This document shows, in pieces, positions 1 to 9,038 of a stretch of DNA of 25,927 nt. Origin of the DNA: Gemmatimonadota bacterium (GTDB lineage Bacteria > Gemmatimonadota > Gemmatimonadetes > Gemmatimonadales > Gemmatimonadaceae); the NCBI GenBank assembly GCA_031372565.1, contig JANMLN010000007.1, positions 1-25,927 on the forward strand, written 5' to 3'. How positions within the stretch are numbered: the first letter of the stretch is position 1; every line of letters begins with the position of its first letter. The notes below the pieces were generated by a model that saw only the letters and a list, made by a program, of their open reading frames with translations, had not been told where the DNA came from and ran no database searches. The translations under genes were made by a program, and so were the position numbers.

Positions 1-150
1 CAGCGGCGCGTCGAGGAGCTGGTGCCGGAGCTTTTCCTCTACAACACGTCCAAGATTGACGCGGTGCCTGCCACACTCGTGAACTTCAAGGGCAACCCCA
101 GAAACGCCGGACCGTTCTGGAACGTGCATGAGTGGAGCATCGCGAACGGC
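1..150 (+). CDS. 3' end of a probable peptide ABC transporter substrate-binding protein (family 5), partial; no stop codon at the expected position
   Basis: Frame 1 reads QRRVEELVPELFLYNTSKIDAVPATLVNFKGNPRNAGPFWNVHEWSI, which resembles the C-terminus of family-5 SBPs (Q..E..P..FLY ... FWN..EW). The frame stays open to 747. Confidence 0.55.
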
Positions 151-153
151 AAC

Positions 154-282
154 GTCGTCCTTAGCCCTTCGACGTCGCTCAGGTTGAACTTCGCGAAGGA
201 CCTGCTCGTGGCCCAGCGAAAAGCAGGTCCTTCGCTGCGCTCAGGACGACAGCAGCTCAGGACGACAGCAGGTCAGGATGAC
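154..282. repeat. REP-like palindromic element with a tandem 16-bp repeat tail
   Basis: Perfect 14-bp inverted repeat GCGAAGGACCTGCT (193-206) / AGCAGGTCCTTCGC (222-235). Outer arms GTCGTCCTTAGC (154-165) / GCTCAGGACGAC (239-250). TCAGGA(C/T)GAC recurs at 241, 257 and 273. Confidence 0.8.
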
Positions 283-285
283 GGG

Positions 286-717
286 CTACGACATCAACTG
301 CGGACCGGTGCGCGTTGCCACCACCGGCGCGTTCGTGCGCACGAGCAGCGGGATGTCGGCCGCGTGCGCATTGTCGATCGACAGGCGCATCGTGTACGTC
401 CCCGCGGAATCGAGCGGCAGGTCGAGACCGGCAATGAGCGGGAAGTCGAGCTCGGTAGTGCCGGGCGGCGGCGTGCCAACCCCCAGTTCCCCCTGCGACG
501 CCCAGAGTTCGGTGCCCGCCGGGTTGATCCACGCCATGCCGATCACGTGCGTGCCGATATCGGCCGTGGATCCCTTGACCCGCACGACCAGCGTGGCGCG
601 CGGATGCAGCGACGGCAGTTGGGCCGCGTGCAGGGTGTCGAAGACGCCCAAAATGTTGAGCTTGCCTTCCTGCGAGAGGTTGGCGGCGTCGGCGAAGAGG
701 GCGAAGGCGATGTGCAT
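286..717 (-). CDS. DUF6941-like small beta-sandwich protein
   Basis: 143-aa ORF beginning [27 protein letters not shown], the typical N-terminus of this family; GC3-rich codons. Confidence 0.7.
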   Translation of the reverse strand: MHIAFALFADAANLSQEGKLNILGVFDTLHAAQLPSLHPRATLVVRVKGSTADIGTHVIGMAWINPAGTELWASQGELGVGTPPPGTTELDFPLIAGLDLPLDSAGTYTMRLSIDNAHAADIPLLVRTNAPVVATRTGPQLMS

Positions 718-751
718 GGGAGGAAGGTAGCCGCTCCGCTAGATTGAATCC
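718..751. promoter_or_regulatory. Back-to-back -10 boxes for two probably leaderless divergent genes
   Basis: TAGATT (740-745, +) lies 6 nt before ATG 752. TACCTT (729-724, -) lies 6 nt before ATG 717. No Shine-Dalgarno on either side. Confidence 0.55.
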
Positions 752-1669
752 ATGACACTGGCAGCCCCCGCGGAGTCCGCCGCCGATCCCGTCGCCACGC
801 GCGCGCGTATTCCGTGGACTGATGTTTCGCTCGTCCTGATGGCGGTCCTCTGGGGCGCCAACTTCGCCGCCATGAAGCTGGGCGCGACGCAGTTTCCGCC
901 CTTGGCGTTCAATGCCCTGCGCCTCACGGCTGGCACGCTCATCCTCCTCGGCATCGCGGCCTTCTCGCGCGCCACGTGGCCGAGCCGCGCCGTCGCGGGA
1001 CGCCTCATGCTGCTTGGCGTGATCGGTAACGGATTGTACCAGATTCTCTTCGTCGAGGCGCTGGTGCGCACGAGCATCGCGAACGTCGCCATCATGCTCG
1101 CCTCGACGCCGATCTGGCTGGCCCTGGTGGGCAACGCCCTGGGAAGCGACCGGCTCTCGCGTCGTGCCTGGTCGGGCGTGTCCCTCTCGTTCGCCGGGAT
1201 CGCGCTGGTGGTGCTGGCTGGCGCGAACGCCGCGAGCGGCACGCATTCGTGGACCGGCGACGCACTCGCGTTCGCCGCGGTGGCCTGCTGGACGACCTTC
1301 ACGATTCTCCTGCGGCCGCTCATGCCGTCCACCGACCCGATTCCACTGCACGCCCTCACGCTGGTCGGTGGAGCGGTGCCCCTGCTCTTGATCGCGTCGC
1401 CGGAGCTGGCGCGGACCGGATGGACCACCATCAGCGGCGGCGGATGGGCCGCGCTCGGGTACGGCGCGGTGTTCGCCATCGTCATCGCCTACCTGCTCTG
1501 GTATCGGGGGGTGCGCCTCATCGGCCCCACACGCACGGCGATGTACGCCAACCTGCAGCCGATCGTGGCGCTCGTCGTGGCCGCACTCGTGCTCGGCGAA
1601 GTGCCGTCGATCGCGCAGGGCATCGGCTGCGCCGCCACCGTGGCCGGCCTGCTCCTGACGCGCTCATGA
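752..1669 (+). CDS. DMT/EamA family transporter
   Basis: 305 aa, about 10 hydrophobic helices, motifs WGANF..MK, P......R and L.P..A...A...LGE. Confidence 0.92.
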   Translation: MTLAAPAESAADPVATRARIPWTDVSLVLMAVLWGANFAAMKLGATQFPPLAFNALRLTAGTLILLGIAAFSRATWPSRAVAGRLMLLGVIGNGLYQILFVEALVRTSIANVAIMLASTPIWLALVGNALGSDRLSRRAWSGVSLSFAGIALVVLAGANAASGTHSWTGDALAFAAVACWTTFTILLRPLMPSTDPIPLHALTLVGGAVPLLLIASPELARTGWTTISGGGWAALGYGAVFAIVIAYLLWYRGVRLIGPTRTAMYANLQPIVALVVAALVLGEVPSIAQGIGCAATVAGLLLTRS

Positions 1670-2355
1670 GAGTCATCCTGTTCGACATCGATGGCACGCT
1701 GCTGCGTACCGGTGCGGGGCGCCGTTCCATGGAGCACGCGCTCAGGACCACCTTCGGGACCCCCGGTGATCCGTCGTATCGCTACGACGGCAAGACCGAT
1801 CGGCAGATCATTCGCGAAGCGATGCGGCTCGCGGGGTTCGACGATGCGACCATCGATGCGCGCCGAGCGGAGACCGAGGCGCACTATCTGGCGTCGCTCC
1901 GCGACGAAGTGCTGAGCACCGAGCACCCGGCGGTGCTCCTCCCCGGCATCCGCGAACTGGTCGACGCCGTTGCTGCGCACGACGGGCTGTTGCTCGGCTT
2001 GCTCACCGGCAACGTGGCCGAAGGGGCGGCGCTCAAGCTGCACGCGGTCGGGCTCGATCCGCTGGCGTTCACGGTGGGTGCGTTCGGCTCCGATCATGAA
2101 GTGCGCGGTGCGTTGCCGGCCATCGCACAGGGACGCGCGCAGGCGCTGCTTGGACGCCCTGTGCCCGGCGACGCCTGCGTCATCATTGGTGATACCCCCG
2201 CCGACATCCACTGCGGGCGTGGCATCGGCGCGCGCGCGGTGGCGGTGGCCACGGGGCACTACCAGCGCGATGAACTCGCGTCGCACGGCCCGCACGCGCT
2301 GTTCGACGACCTGCGTGATACCGCAGCCGTGATCGCGACGCTGGAGCGATGCTGA
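1666..2355 (+). CDS. HAD-superfamily hydrolase (phosphoglycolate phosphatase-like)
   Basis: ATG 1666 overlaps the upstream stop (ATGA). Motif I FDIDGT, motif II LTGN, motif IV IGDTPAD. Confidence 0.92.
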   Translation: MRVILFDIDGTLLRTGAGRRSMEHALRTTFGTPGDPSYRYDGKTDRQIIREAMRLAGFDDATIDARRAETEAHYLASLRDEVLSTEHPAVLLPGIRELVDAVAAHDGLLLGLLTGNVAEGAALKLHAVGLDPLAFTVGAFGSDHEVRGALPAIAQGRAQALLGRPVPGDACVIIGDTPADIHCGRGIGARAVAVATGHYQRDELASHGPHALFDDLRDTAAVIATLERC

Positions 2356-2380
2356 TGCACCTCGAGCGGCCGTGCCCATC

Positions 2381-2983
2381 ATGAGCGCGACGCGCGAAGT
2401 CGAGCTCAAGGGGCTGATCGACGACGAAGCGATGCGCCGCGCGCTGATCGAAGCCACCGGTGCGACGCTCGTGTACGAGGGGCGGCTCGAGGACCGTCGC
2501 TTCGATACGCCAGCGCGCGCGCTCGCGCTGCGCGACTTCGTCGTGCGACTCCGCACCTGGCGTGGTCCCGGCGGCGTGCGCGCCGCGCTCGACTGGAAAG
2601 GGCCCACGCGCTACGAGGACGGCTACAAGGTGCGCGACGAGCTCACCACGTCGCTCGGGGAGCCCGACGCGCTGCAGGCGATGCTCCTGAGCCTCGGCTA
2701 CCTCATCACGCGCGAGATCGACCGGCACATCGCGCAGTACGATCTGGGTGGCGCGATGATCCGCTTCGAGCGCTATCCGCGCATGGACGTGCTCGTCGAA
2801 GTGGAGGGCACCCCCGACGCGATCGAACGCGCGATCGCGGCGCTGGGGCTGCCACGCGACCAGTTCACGACCGAGCGGCTCCCGGACTTCGTCGCCCGCT
2901 TCGAGGCGCGCACGGGACAGGAGGCGGCGCTCGCCGATATCGAACTCCTCGGGCAGCATCCGTTTCGCGTGGAGGACGCGTGA
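2381..2983 (+). CDS. CYTH-domain protein (class IV adenylate cyclase CyaB-like)
   Basis: N-terminal EVELK (ExExK), RLR, WKGP and C-terminal VEVEG motifs. Start ATG 2381 or GTG 2372. Confidence 0.85.
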   Translation: MSATREVELKGLIDDEAMRRALIEATGATLVYEGRLEDRRFDTPARALALRDFVVRLRTWRGPGGVRAALDWKGPTRYEDGYKVRDELTTSLGEPDALQAMLLSLGYLITREIDRHIAQYDLGGAMIRFERYPRMDVLVEVEGTPDAIERAIAALGLPRDQFTTERLPDFVARFEARTGQEAALADIELLGQHPFRVEDA

Positions 2984-3726
2984 ACGCGCGCGGACCGTGG
3001 GCCGTCCAGCTGCAGAGCGGCGCGGAGCGTCTCGCCGCCACTGCGCGACTGCTCGACGACGCGCTGCTGCTCGAACACGCGCTGGGCGTCACCATGGTGG
3101 AGCTCGCGACACTCGAAGGCGTGACGCTCGCCGGATCGCTCGTCTCGCTCCATCCGCACGGCGAACCGCCACTGGTGCTCGACGCCCCCGAATCCGCCGA
3201 GCTGGTGCGCGCGGTGTCCAACGCGGCCACCACGATTCCGGAACTCGCGGCGTCGCTGCGCGCGATGGGCTCACCGCGCGCGCGCCCCGGTTCGGACCAC
3301 GACCTCTGGTTTGGCGCGCTGCTCGCCGCACGACGCGTGGCGCACGCCGCTCCGACGCCGGCGGAACGGCTCGCCGCATTCGACACGCAGGCGTTGCTCG
3401 CGGCGCTCGACGCGACGATCACGCAGTTCGCCACCGCGCGCGCGCCCACGAGCGCGGCCGATGCGCGGGCGCTGGCCGAGGAGCTGCGCGAACTGTCGAC
3501 GCCGCTGCTCTTGGCGCTGCGTTCGCTCGCCTCGCGCCGGAGCGCGGTCGAGTCGGCCGATGATGCCGTGCGGCTGGCGCGCTGGCACGACTGGGTGGCG
3601 GCGTTGCGCGTCGTGTTTGCGGCCGCGGATCGCGTGTGGGAAGCGCTGTTGCCGGCGCTCGTCGATCCGCGCGGCCGTCGTGGGTCGTTCTGGCGGCGCG
3701 TGCTCGCACGCAAGGGCGGCGCATGA
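2980..3726 (+). CDS. Hypothetical alpha-helical protein
   Basis: 248-aa ORF coupled at both ends (GTGA and ATGA overlaps) within the operon; no motif recognised. Confidence 0.75.
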   Translation: MNARGPWAVQLQSGAERLAATARLLDDALLLEHALGVTMVELATLEGVTLAGSLVSLHPHGEPPLVLDAPESAELVRAVSNAATTIPELAASLRAMGSPRARPGSDHDLWFGALLAARRVAHAAPTPAERLAAFDTQALLAALDATITQFATARAPTSAADARALAEELRELSTPLLLALRSLASRRSAVESADDAVRLARWHDWVAALRVVFAAADRVWEALLPALVDPRGRRGSFWRRVLARKGGA

Positions 3727-4109
3727 TCGTCGGCATCGGGCTCGACCTGGTCGACATCGCCCGCGTGGACCGGTTGATCGTGAACAAGGGCGAACGCGCA
3801 ACGACCAAACTGTTCACTCCGGCCGAGGCGCAGTACGCCACGAGCCGCGCCTATCCGGCGCGCCACTTTGCCGCGCGCTTTGCCGCCAAGGAGGCCGCGT
3901 ACAAGGCGCTGGCCGGCAGCGAGCTCGCGCGCGGCATCGGGTGGCGCGATCTCGAAGTGCTGCGTGATGATGCCACCGGGCAGCCTCGGCTCGTGCTGCA
4001 CGGGCGTGCGGCCGAGCGCGCGGCCGAGCTGGGGGTGGTGCGCGTGCACCTGACGTTGACGCATTCGCACGAGACGGCCGCGGCCGTGGTGATTCTCGAG
4101 CGGGACTAG
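3723..4109 (+). CDS. acpS: Holo-[acyl-carrier-protein] synthase
   Basis: MIVGIGLDLVDIAR, FTPAE, AARFAAKEAAYKAL, LTLTHS motifs. Confidence 0.95.
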   Translation: MIVGIGLDLVDIARVDRLIVNKGERATTKLFTPAEAQYATSRAYPARHFAARFAAKEAAYKALAGSELARGIGWRDLEVLRDDATGQPRLVLHGRAAERAAELGVVRVHLTLTHSHETAAAVVILERD

Positions 4110-4113
4110 CGCA

Positions 4114-4668
4114 TCACGCCGCGCTGCCCGGTGCGTCCACCGGGTCCACCGCGTACACCCGGTGCGTCCACCCCGCGCGCACCGTCTCGCCCACCACGCG
4201 CATCCCGTTCCGCTCGGCCACCGCACAGGACGCCACATTCTCCGGGCGCACCAGCGAGATGATGCGACGCCCGGGATACCGCGCGACGGCCCAATCGCGC
4301 GCGGCCTGCGCCGCCTCGGTCGCGAAGCCGCGCTTCCAATGGTCGTGATGCAGCAAGTAGCCGACCTCGATCTCGGGTGCGCCGTCGACCTCCTGCACGG
4401 TTACGCCGCACTGGCCCACGGGTACGCCTGTCGCGCGCTCCTCGATGAGCCAGAGCCCGTGGCCGTCATCGCGGTAGCGCCCGCGCTGCCGCTCGATCCA
4501 CGCCAGCGACTCGTCCCGATCGAGCACCTTCGGATAGAAGCGCATGACGCGCGCGTCGCCGAGCATCGCGGCCACGAAGCTGATGTCGTACGGGTTCATC
4601 TCGCGCGCACGCAGCCGGTCGGTCATGAAGCGCCAGAGCGGGGGGTCGCCGAGCGGCGCGTGGGTCAC
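4114..4668 (-). CDS. GNAT N-acetyltransferase, RimJ/RimL-like
   Basis: TDRLRARE, G.GLW, EVGY.L...HWKRGFATEAA, PENVAS..VAERNGM. GTG 4668 overlaps the upstream stop; ATG 4626 is an alternative start. Confidence 0.9.
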   Translation of the reverse strand: MTHAPLGDPPLWRFMTDRLRAREMNPYDISFVAAMLGDARVMRFYPKVLDRDESLAWIERQRGRYRDDGHGLWLIEERATGVPVGQCGVTVQEVDGAPEIEVGYLLHHDHWKRGFATEAAQAARDWAVARYPGRRIISLVRPENVASCAVAERNGMRVVGETVRAGWTHRVYAVDPVDAPGSAA

Positions 4669-5636
4669 ACCGTCACCCACTGCGCGTCGGGGTCCTCGCG
4701 CGCTGCCTCGAACACCGCGGCCGCCGCATACACGTCCTCGATCGCGAGGCCGAGCGACTTGAACACGGTGAGTTCGCCCGCGCTCGTGCGACCGCGGAGT
4801 GCGCCGGTCACCACGTCGCCAAGTTCTCCCGCAAGCTGCGCCTCCGTGCACGCTCCTTCGGCGATCGCCATCGCCAACTCCCCGCACTCGGCGCGCGCCG
4901 CGTCCATCGAGTCGACAATCAGGCGCGCGCGCGCGATGGTCGTGCCGTCGAGTTCGCGCGTCGTGCGCGTGTGCGCACCCACGGCGTTCACATGTGCGCC
5001 ATCGGCCAGGTCGCCGCTGGCGAGCACCGGCGTGTGCGACGAGGTCACGCTGCACACGATATCCGCATCATGAACAGCGGCCTGTGCACTGTCGCACACC
5101 TGCACAGACCCGTGCTGCCGCTCCACGGCACGGGCGAACTCCTCGGCGCGCGCCCGGGTGCGGGACCAGACCCGGATTTCGGAAATGGTGCGCACCGCGC
5201 GCATGGCGGCCAGATGCGTGTGCGCCTGCACGCCGGCACCGAGGATGGCCAGGACGCCGGCGTTTTCGCGCGCCATGTGTCGGGTGGCGAGCCCCGATGC
5301 TGCGGCGGTGCGGATGGCGGTGAGTGATGCGGCATCGAGCATCGCGGCCGGGTCGCCGGTGCGCGTGTCGAAGAGGGTCACCAGTCCCTGAATGACGGGC
5401 CGGTCGGTGCCCGCGTGGTGCGGGATGTAGGTGAGCGCCTTGACCCCGGTGAAGTCGGGGGTGACGGCCGGCATCACGAAGAAGGCGCCGGTCGGCATCG
5501 GGACGACGGTGCGCACGGGTTGCGCCACCTGCCGACCGGCCCACGCACGGAACGCGGCGTCCATGGCGTCGATGGCCCGCGGCATGGTGAGGAGGCGGGT
5601 GACCTGTGCAGCCGAAGCGACGAGGACGCGTGGCAT
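4665..5636 (-). CDS. Ornithine cyclodeaminase / mu-crystallin family protein
   Basis: MPA...GVK, LTAIRTAAAS, GAGVQA, HVNAVGA, FKSLGLAIED motifs; start ATG 5636. Confidence 0.92.
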   Translation of the reverse strand: MPRVLVASAAQVTRLLTMPRAIDAMDAAFRAWAGRQVAQPVRTVVPMPTGAFFVMPAVTPDFTGVKALTYIPHHAGTDRPVIQGLVTLFDTRTGDPAAMLDAASLTAIRTAAASGLATRHMARENAGVLAILGAGVQAHTHLAAMRAVRTISEIRVWSRTRARAEEFARAVERQHGSVQVCDSAQAAVHDADIVCSVTSSHTPVLASGDLADGAHVNAVGAHTRTTRELDGTTIARARLIVDSMDAARAECGELAMAIAEGACTEAQLAGELGDVVTGALRGRTSAGELTVFKSLGLAIEDVYAAAAVFEAAREDPDAQWVTV

Positions 5637-5785
5637 GGCGGATCGGATGGCGGGGCGGGGGGGGCGCGGCTGCGGGCACCACGGGTTGACCGCGTCCGGA
5701 GGGGTCAACGGCGGTTGCGCGCGGTGGAGTGCGAACAATCTGTCGCCAGGGCTTTCGGAGCGGCTGAAACGGTCATAGACTGAAA

Positions 5786-5812
5786 TACAATGCAAATGAG
5801 AACCATTCTCAA
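5786..5812 (+). promoter_or_regulatory. -10 box (TACAAT) overlapped and followed by a Fur-box-like operator
   Basis: TACAAT at 5786-5791. TGAGAACcATTCTCA (5797-5811) matches 11/14 positions of the 7-1-7 Fur consensus TGATAATnATTATCA and is a perfect TGAGAA-N3-TTCTCA palindrome. It is an AT-rich patch at the 5' end of an iron permease gene. Confidence 0.75.
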
Positions 5813-8042
5813 TGTGACGACGTCCGCTGAGCGCCCCGCCATCGGGGCCCGCTCGCTGACGCGCTTTGTGGCCGCAGCGGTCCTTCTGTTTACGTCGGCT
5901 TCGGCGCAGACAGCAGCGGCTCAGGACCTTCCCGGCAAGCGACTCGCCGGCATCGTCGCGGTTGCCATCGATGAGTACGGCAAGGGCGTCGACCAGCGCG
6001 GTCGTCTCACCTCGAGCACCGAGTACGAAGAAGCCGTCTCCTTTCTGGTCGACGCGCGCGAAGTCGCAGGGCGCCTGACCGGCGGACACACCGCGCTCGT
6101 GCGCGCGCTCGTGGACACCCTGTCCGCTGCCGTTCGCGCCAAGGTGCCGCCGACCGCGCTCGAGATGATCCACCAGCGGCTTGTTGCCGCCCTGGGGAGC
6201 GATGCCGCGCTCGACATGCCGACCCGCCGCGTTGACGTCGCGCACGGGCAGGCGCTCTTCACCACCAACTGCGCCTCCTGCCACGGCGCGATGGCCGACG
6301 GCAACGGTCCCGCCGCCAAGGCGCTCCTCACGCCACCGCCCGCGCTCGTCGGTGTGGCCATGCGCGACAAGGCGCCGGCCACCCTGTACCGCGTGGTGAG
6401 TGTGGGCGTAGCGGGCACGCCGATGGCCGGCTGGGCATCGTCGCTCTCGCCGGATGACCGCTGGGACATTGTCCACTACCTGAACTCGTTGCGCACCAAT
6501 GGCGCCGAGGTCGCGCGCGGCGACTCGATCTGGCGTGCGCAGCACGTAGCGGTCGCCGGTCGCTCGAACAGTGCGTCGGTGCTGCCTCCCGAATTCTCCC
6601 GCTTCGCGTACACCGCCGAGAAGAGCGACGTGCAGTTGGCGCTCGCGATCAAGGATGCGGGGGCGGCAACCGGCACGGTGGCGCCGATGGCCGACGCCGA
6701 CGTGAACGCGGTGGTCGCCTACGTGCGCGCGCTTCCCGGACGCGATGCCGCCGTGCTCGCTGCCGCTCCGTCGGTCAAGGCCAAGGGCTCGACCGCAGGG
6801 CAGGCTGCCGAGGCCGCCGCTCGCTCGGTGCTCGCACTCATGGATGAAGCGCTGGCCGCCGCCAAGGCTGGACGGTCAGCCGATGCGGGCGACAAGGCGT
6901 TCGACGCCTACCTGGCCTTCGAGCCGCTCGAGACGCGTGCCCGCGCACAGGAGCCGGGCAAGGTCAGCGCGATGGAAGCGTCGTTCGCCGCGTTCAAGGC
7001 GAGCGTGAAGCAGGGGAATGTGGCGGGGGCCGCTGCGGCGCGTGACTCGATCGCGCTCGCGCTGCCGCACATGGTCGAGCTCGCACAGCCGAGCGGTGAT
7101 TTCTGGGAGCTGTTTTTGCAGAGCTTCCTGATCATCCTGCACGAAGGGTTCGAGGCCATTCTGGTGATCGGCGCGATCATCACCTTCCTGGTCAAGACCG
7201 GCCACAAGGAGCACGTGCGCTCGGTGTGGCAGGGCGTGGTTGCCGCGCTCGTCGCCAGCTTCGCCATGGCCGTCGTGCTCGCCACCGTGCTCTCGAGCAT
7301 TCCGGCGAGCCGCGAGATCGTCGAAGGGGTCACGATGCTCATCGCGGTCGTCGTGCTCTTCTCGGTCAGCTACTGGCTCATCAGCAAGGTCGAAGCGGCC
7401 AAGTGGCAGCAGTTCATCCGCGAGATGGTCAGCTCGGCGCTCACCAAGGGCGGCGGCACTGCGCTCGCGTTCACGGCCTTCCTCGCGGTCTTCCGCGAAG
7501 GGGCGGAAACGGCGCTCTTCTATCAGGCGCTGTTCCAGCAGCCGGGCGCGGTTGCACTCCCGCTCACGCTGGGCCTGGGGGTTGGCTTCGCCGCCCTCGC
7601 GGTCATCTTCGTGGCCTTCCACCGCTTCGGCGTGAAGATCCCGATGCGGCCGTTCTTCATCGGCACGAGCGGCATGCTCTACCTCATGGCCTTCATCTTC
7701 ATGGGCAAGGGGATCCGCGAGCTGCAGGAAGGGAACGCGCTCTCGCTTACGCTGCTGCCGGGATGGCCCACGGTCGATGCGCTGGGCATCTTCCCGAGCC
7801 GCGAAGGGCTGCTGGCGCAGGGGCTGCTGGTTGCGCTGCTCGCGTTCGCACTCTGGCGCTCGTGGATGCAATCCAGGGCGAATGAGGCCGAGCGCGTCGC
7901 GGCAGGTGATGACGTGCCGCAGCATGTGCACTCGGACCTGGAAGGGCGCGTGGCTGAACTCACCGCCAAGGCCAAGCTGCTCGAAGAGCGCCTCAAGAGC
8001 CTTGAGGGCGAACTACAGGACGAGAAAGCGCGGAAGTCGTAG
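5790..8042 (+). CDS. Cytochrome c / FTR1-family iron permease (PbrT/EfeU-like)
   Basis: Signal-like N-terminus, heme motif CASCH, GTPM, and a C-terminal multi-TM FTR1 domain with HEGFE and REGAE. The true start may be 5796 or GTG 5814. Confidence 0.9.
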   Translation: MQMRTILNVTTSAERPAIGARSLTRFVAAAVLLFTSASAQTAAAQDLPGKRLAGIVAVAIDEYGKGVDQRGRLTSSTEYEEAVSFLVDAREVAGRLTGGHTALVRALVDTLSAAVRAKVPPTALEMIHQRLVAALGSDAALDMPTRRVDVAHGQALFTTNCASCHGAMADGNGPAAKALLTPPPALVGVAMRDKAPATLYRVVSVGVAGTPMAGWASSLSPDDRWDIVHYLNSLRTNGAEVARGDSIWRAQHVAVAGRSNSASVLPPEFSRFAYTAEKSDVQLALAIKDAGAATGTVAPMADADVNAVVAYVRALPGRDAAVLAAAPSVKAKGSTAGQAAEAAARSVLALMDEALAAAKAGRSADAGDKAFDAYLAFEPLETRARAQEPGKVSAMEASFAAFKASVKQGNVAGAAAARDSIALALPHMVELAQPSGDFWELFLQSFLIILHEGFEAILVIGAIITFLVKTGHKEHVRSVWQGVVAALVASFAMAVVLATVLSSIPASREIVEGVTMLIAVVVLFSVSYWLISKVEAAKWQQFIREMVSSALTKGGGTALAFTAFLAVFREGAETALFYQALFQQPGAVALPLTLGLGVGFAALAVIFVAFHRFGVKIPMRPFFIGTSGMLYLMAFIFMGKGIRELQEGNALSLTLLPGWPTVDALGIFPSREGLLAQGLLVALLAFALWRSWMQSRANEAERVAAGDDVPQHVHSDLEGRVAELTAKAKLLEERLKSLEGELQDEKARKS

Positions 8043-8059
8043 CGCCGAGCGGCGCTACG
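8038..8059. terminator. Compact hairpin between convergent genes, containing both stop codons
   Basis: CGTAGCGCC-GAGC-GGCGCTACG is a perfect 9-bp stem; no U-tract. Confidence 0.4.
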
Positions 8060-8906
8060 CTTCTGCCGTCTTGTAGATCCCCGGTCGGCCGGGCCCCGGT
8101 GTGTTGCGTGCCATCATCCACCAGACGCCAACCGCTGCAATCGCGAGCGCGATGCCCTGGGCCAGCGTGAACGGCCCGAGCAGGCGGTCATCCTTGGCGC
8201 GGAAGAACTCGACGATGAACCGCTCGAGCCCCGCCAGCACGCCATACAGTCCGAACAGCCATCCCTCGGCGTGCTTGTGCTTGCGCATCTGCCAGAGGAT
8301 GAAGAAGAAGAGCAGCGCGAGCGCCGTCTCGTAGAGCTGTGTCGGGTGCACGGCCAGCACCGTGTCCAACGTGGCGCCACTCGGCATCGGCGTGCCGAAC
8401 GAGCGGTTCATGATGCCGGCCGTGGATGGAGGCGCTCCCTGCGGGAACATGACGGCGAGTGGTCCGTCCCACGGGCGGCCATAATCGTCGCCCACGGCCC
8501 AACAGCCCGTGCGCCCCACCGCGTAGCCGCCCATGATGCCAATGCCCGTGGCATCGCTCAGGCGAATGAAGTTGCCTTTGCGCCAGCGTACGGTGAGGTA
8601 CGAGAGGATGACCGAGCCGATGAACCCGCCCCAGAACACGAAGCCGCCGCGGCTGAAGAACGCGCTCGGGTCGCCCGTGAGGATGACGTAGTAGGTCTTG
8701 GCGCCGAGCAGCGTGCCGATGACGGAGGCGAGGACGACGTCGGGGATGATGCTCGCCTCGTGGTCCTGGCCGCGCCGGGTGAGTTCGCTGGCGCTGACGT
8801 GCTGCGCGACGAGGAACCCTGCGAGGACGGCGAGCCCGAAGCCGGTGAGGCGGAGGGGGCCGAAGCCGTAGTCGAGCGGATGGTGGGTGATGGGGCCGAA
8901 GAGCAT
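8055..8906 (-). CDS. lgt: Prolipoprotein diacylglyceryl transferase
   Basis: GGFVFWGG, GRTGC..GDDYG, HPTQLYE, RF.VEFFR motifs. TAGATT lies 6 nt upstream of the ATG. Confidence 0.93.
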   Translation of the reverse strand: MLFGPITHHPLDYGFGPLRLTGFGLAVLAGFLVAQHVSASELTRRGQDHEASIIPDVVLASVIGTLLGAKTYYVILTGDPSAFFSRGGFVFWGGFIGSVILSYLTVRWRKGNFIRLSDATGIGIMGGYAVGRTGCWAVGDDYGRPWDGPLAVMFPQGAPPSTAGIMNRSFGTPMPSGATLDTVLAVHPTQLYETALALLFFFILWQMRKHKHAEGWLFGLYGVLAGLERFIVEFFRAKDDRLLGPFTLAQGIALAIAAVGVWWMMARNTPGPGRPGIYKTAEA

Positions 8907-9038
8907 GGCGGGAATCTACGGTGGCTGAACACATTGCGGCCACTCTGCACTCTTTGTGACAGCAGCTCCGATCACCGCTCGAGACGGATGGCAAGGTCCC
9001 TCGCCGATGATGGTCAGTCTCGCGCCAATGGCGCCCGT

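Noticed and set aside
5637..6545. N-terminal extension of the cyclodeaminase ORF; likewise the extensions of the HAD, GNAT, kinase and acpS ORFs
   Set aside because: They overlap other genes, and family homology starts at the internal start codons used
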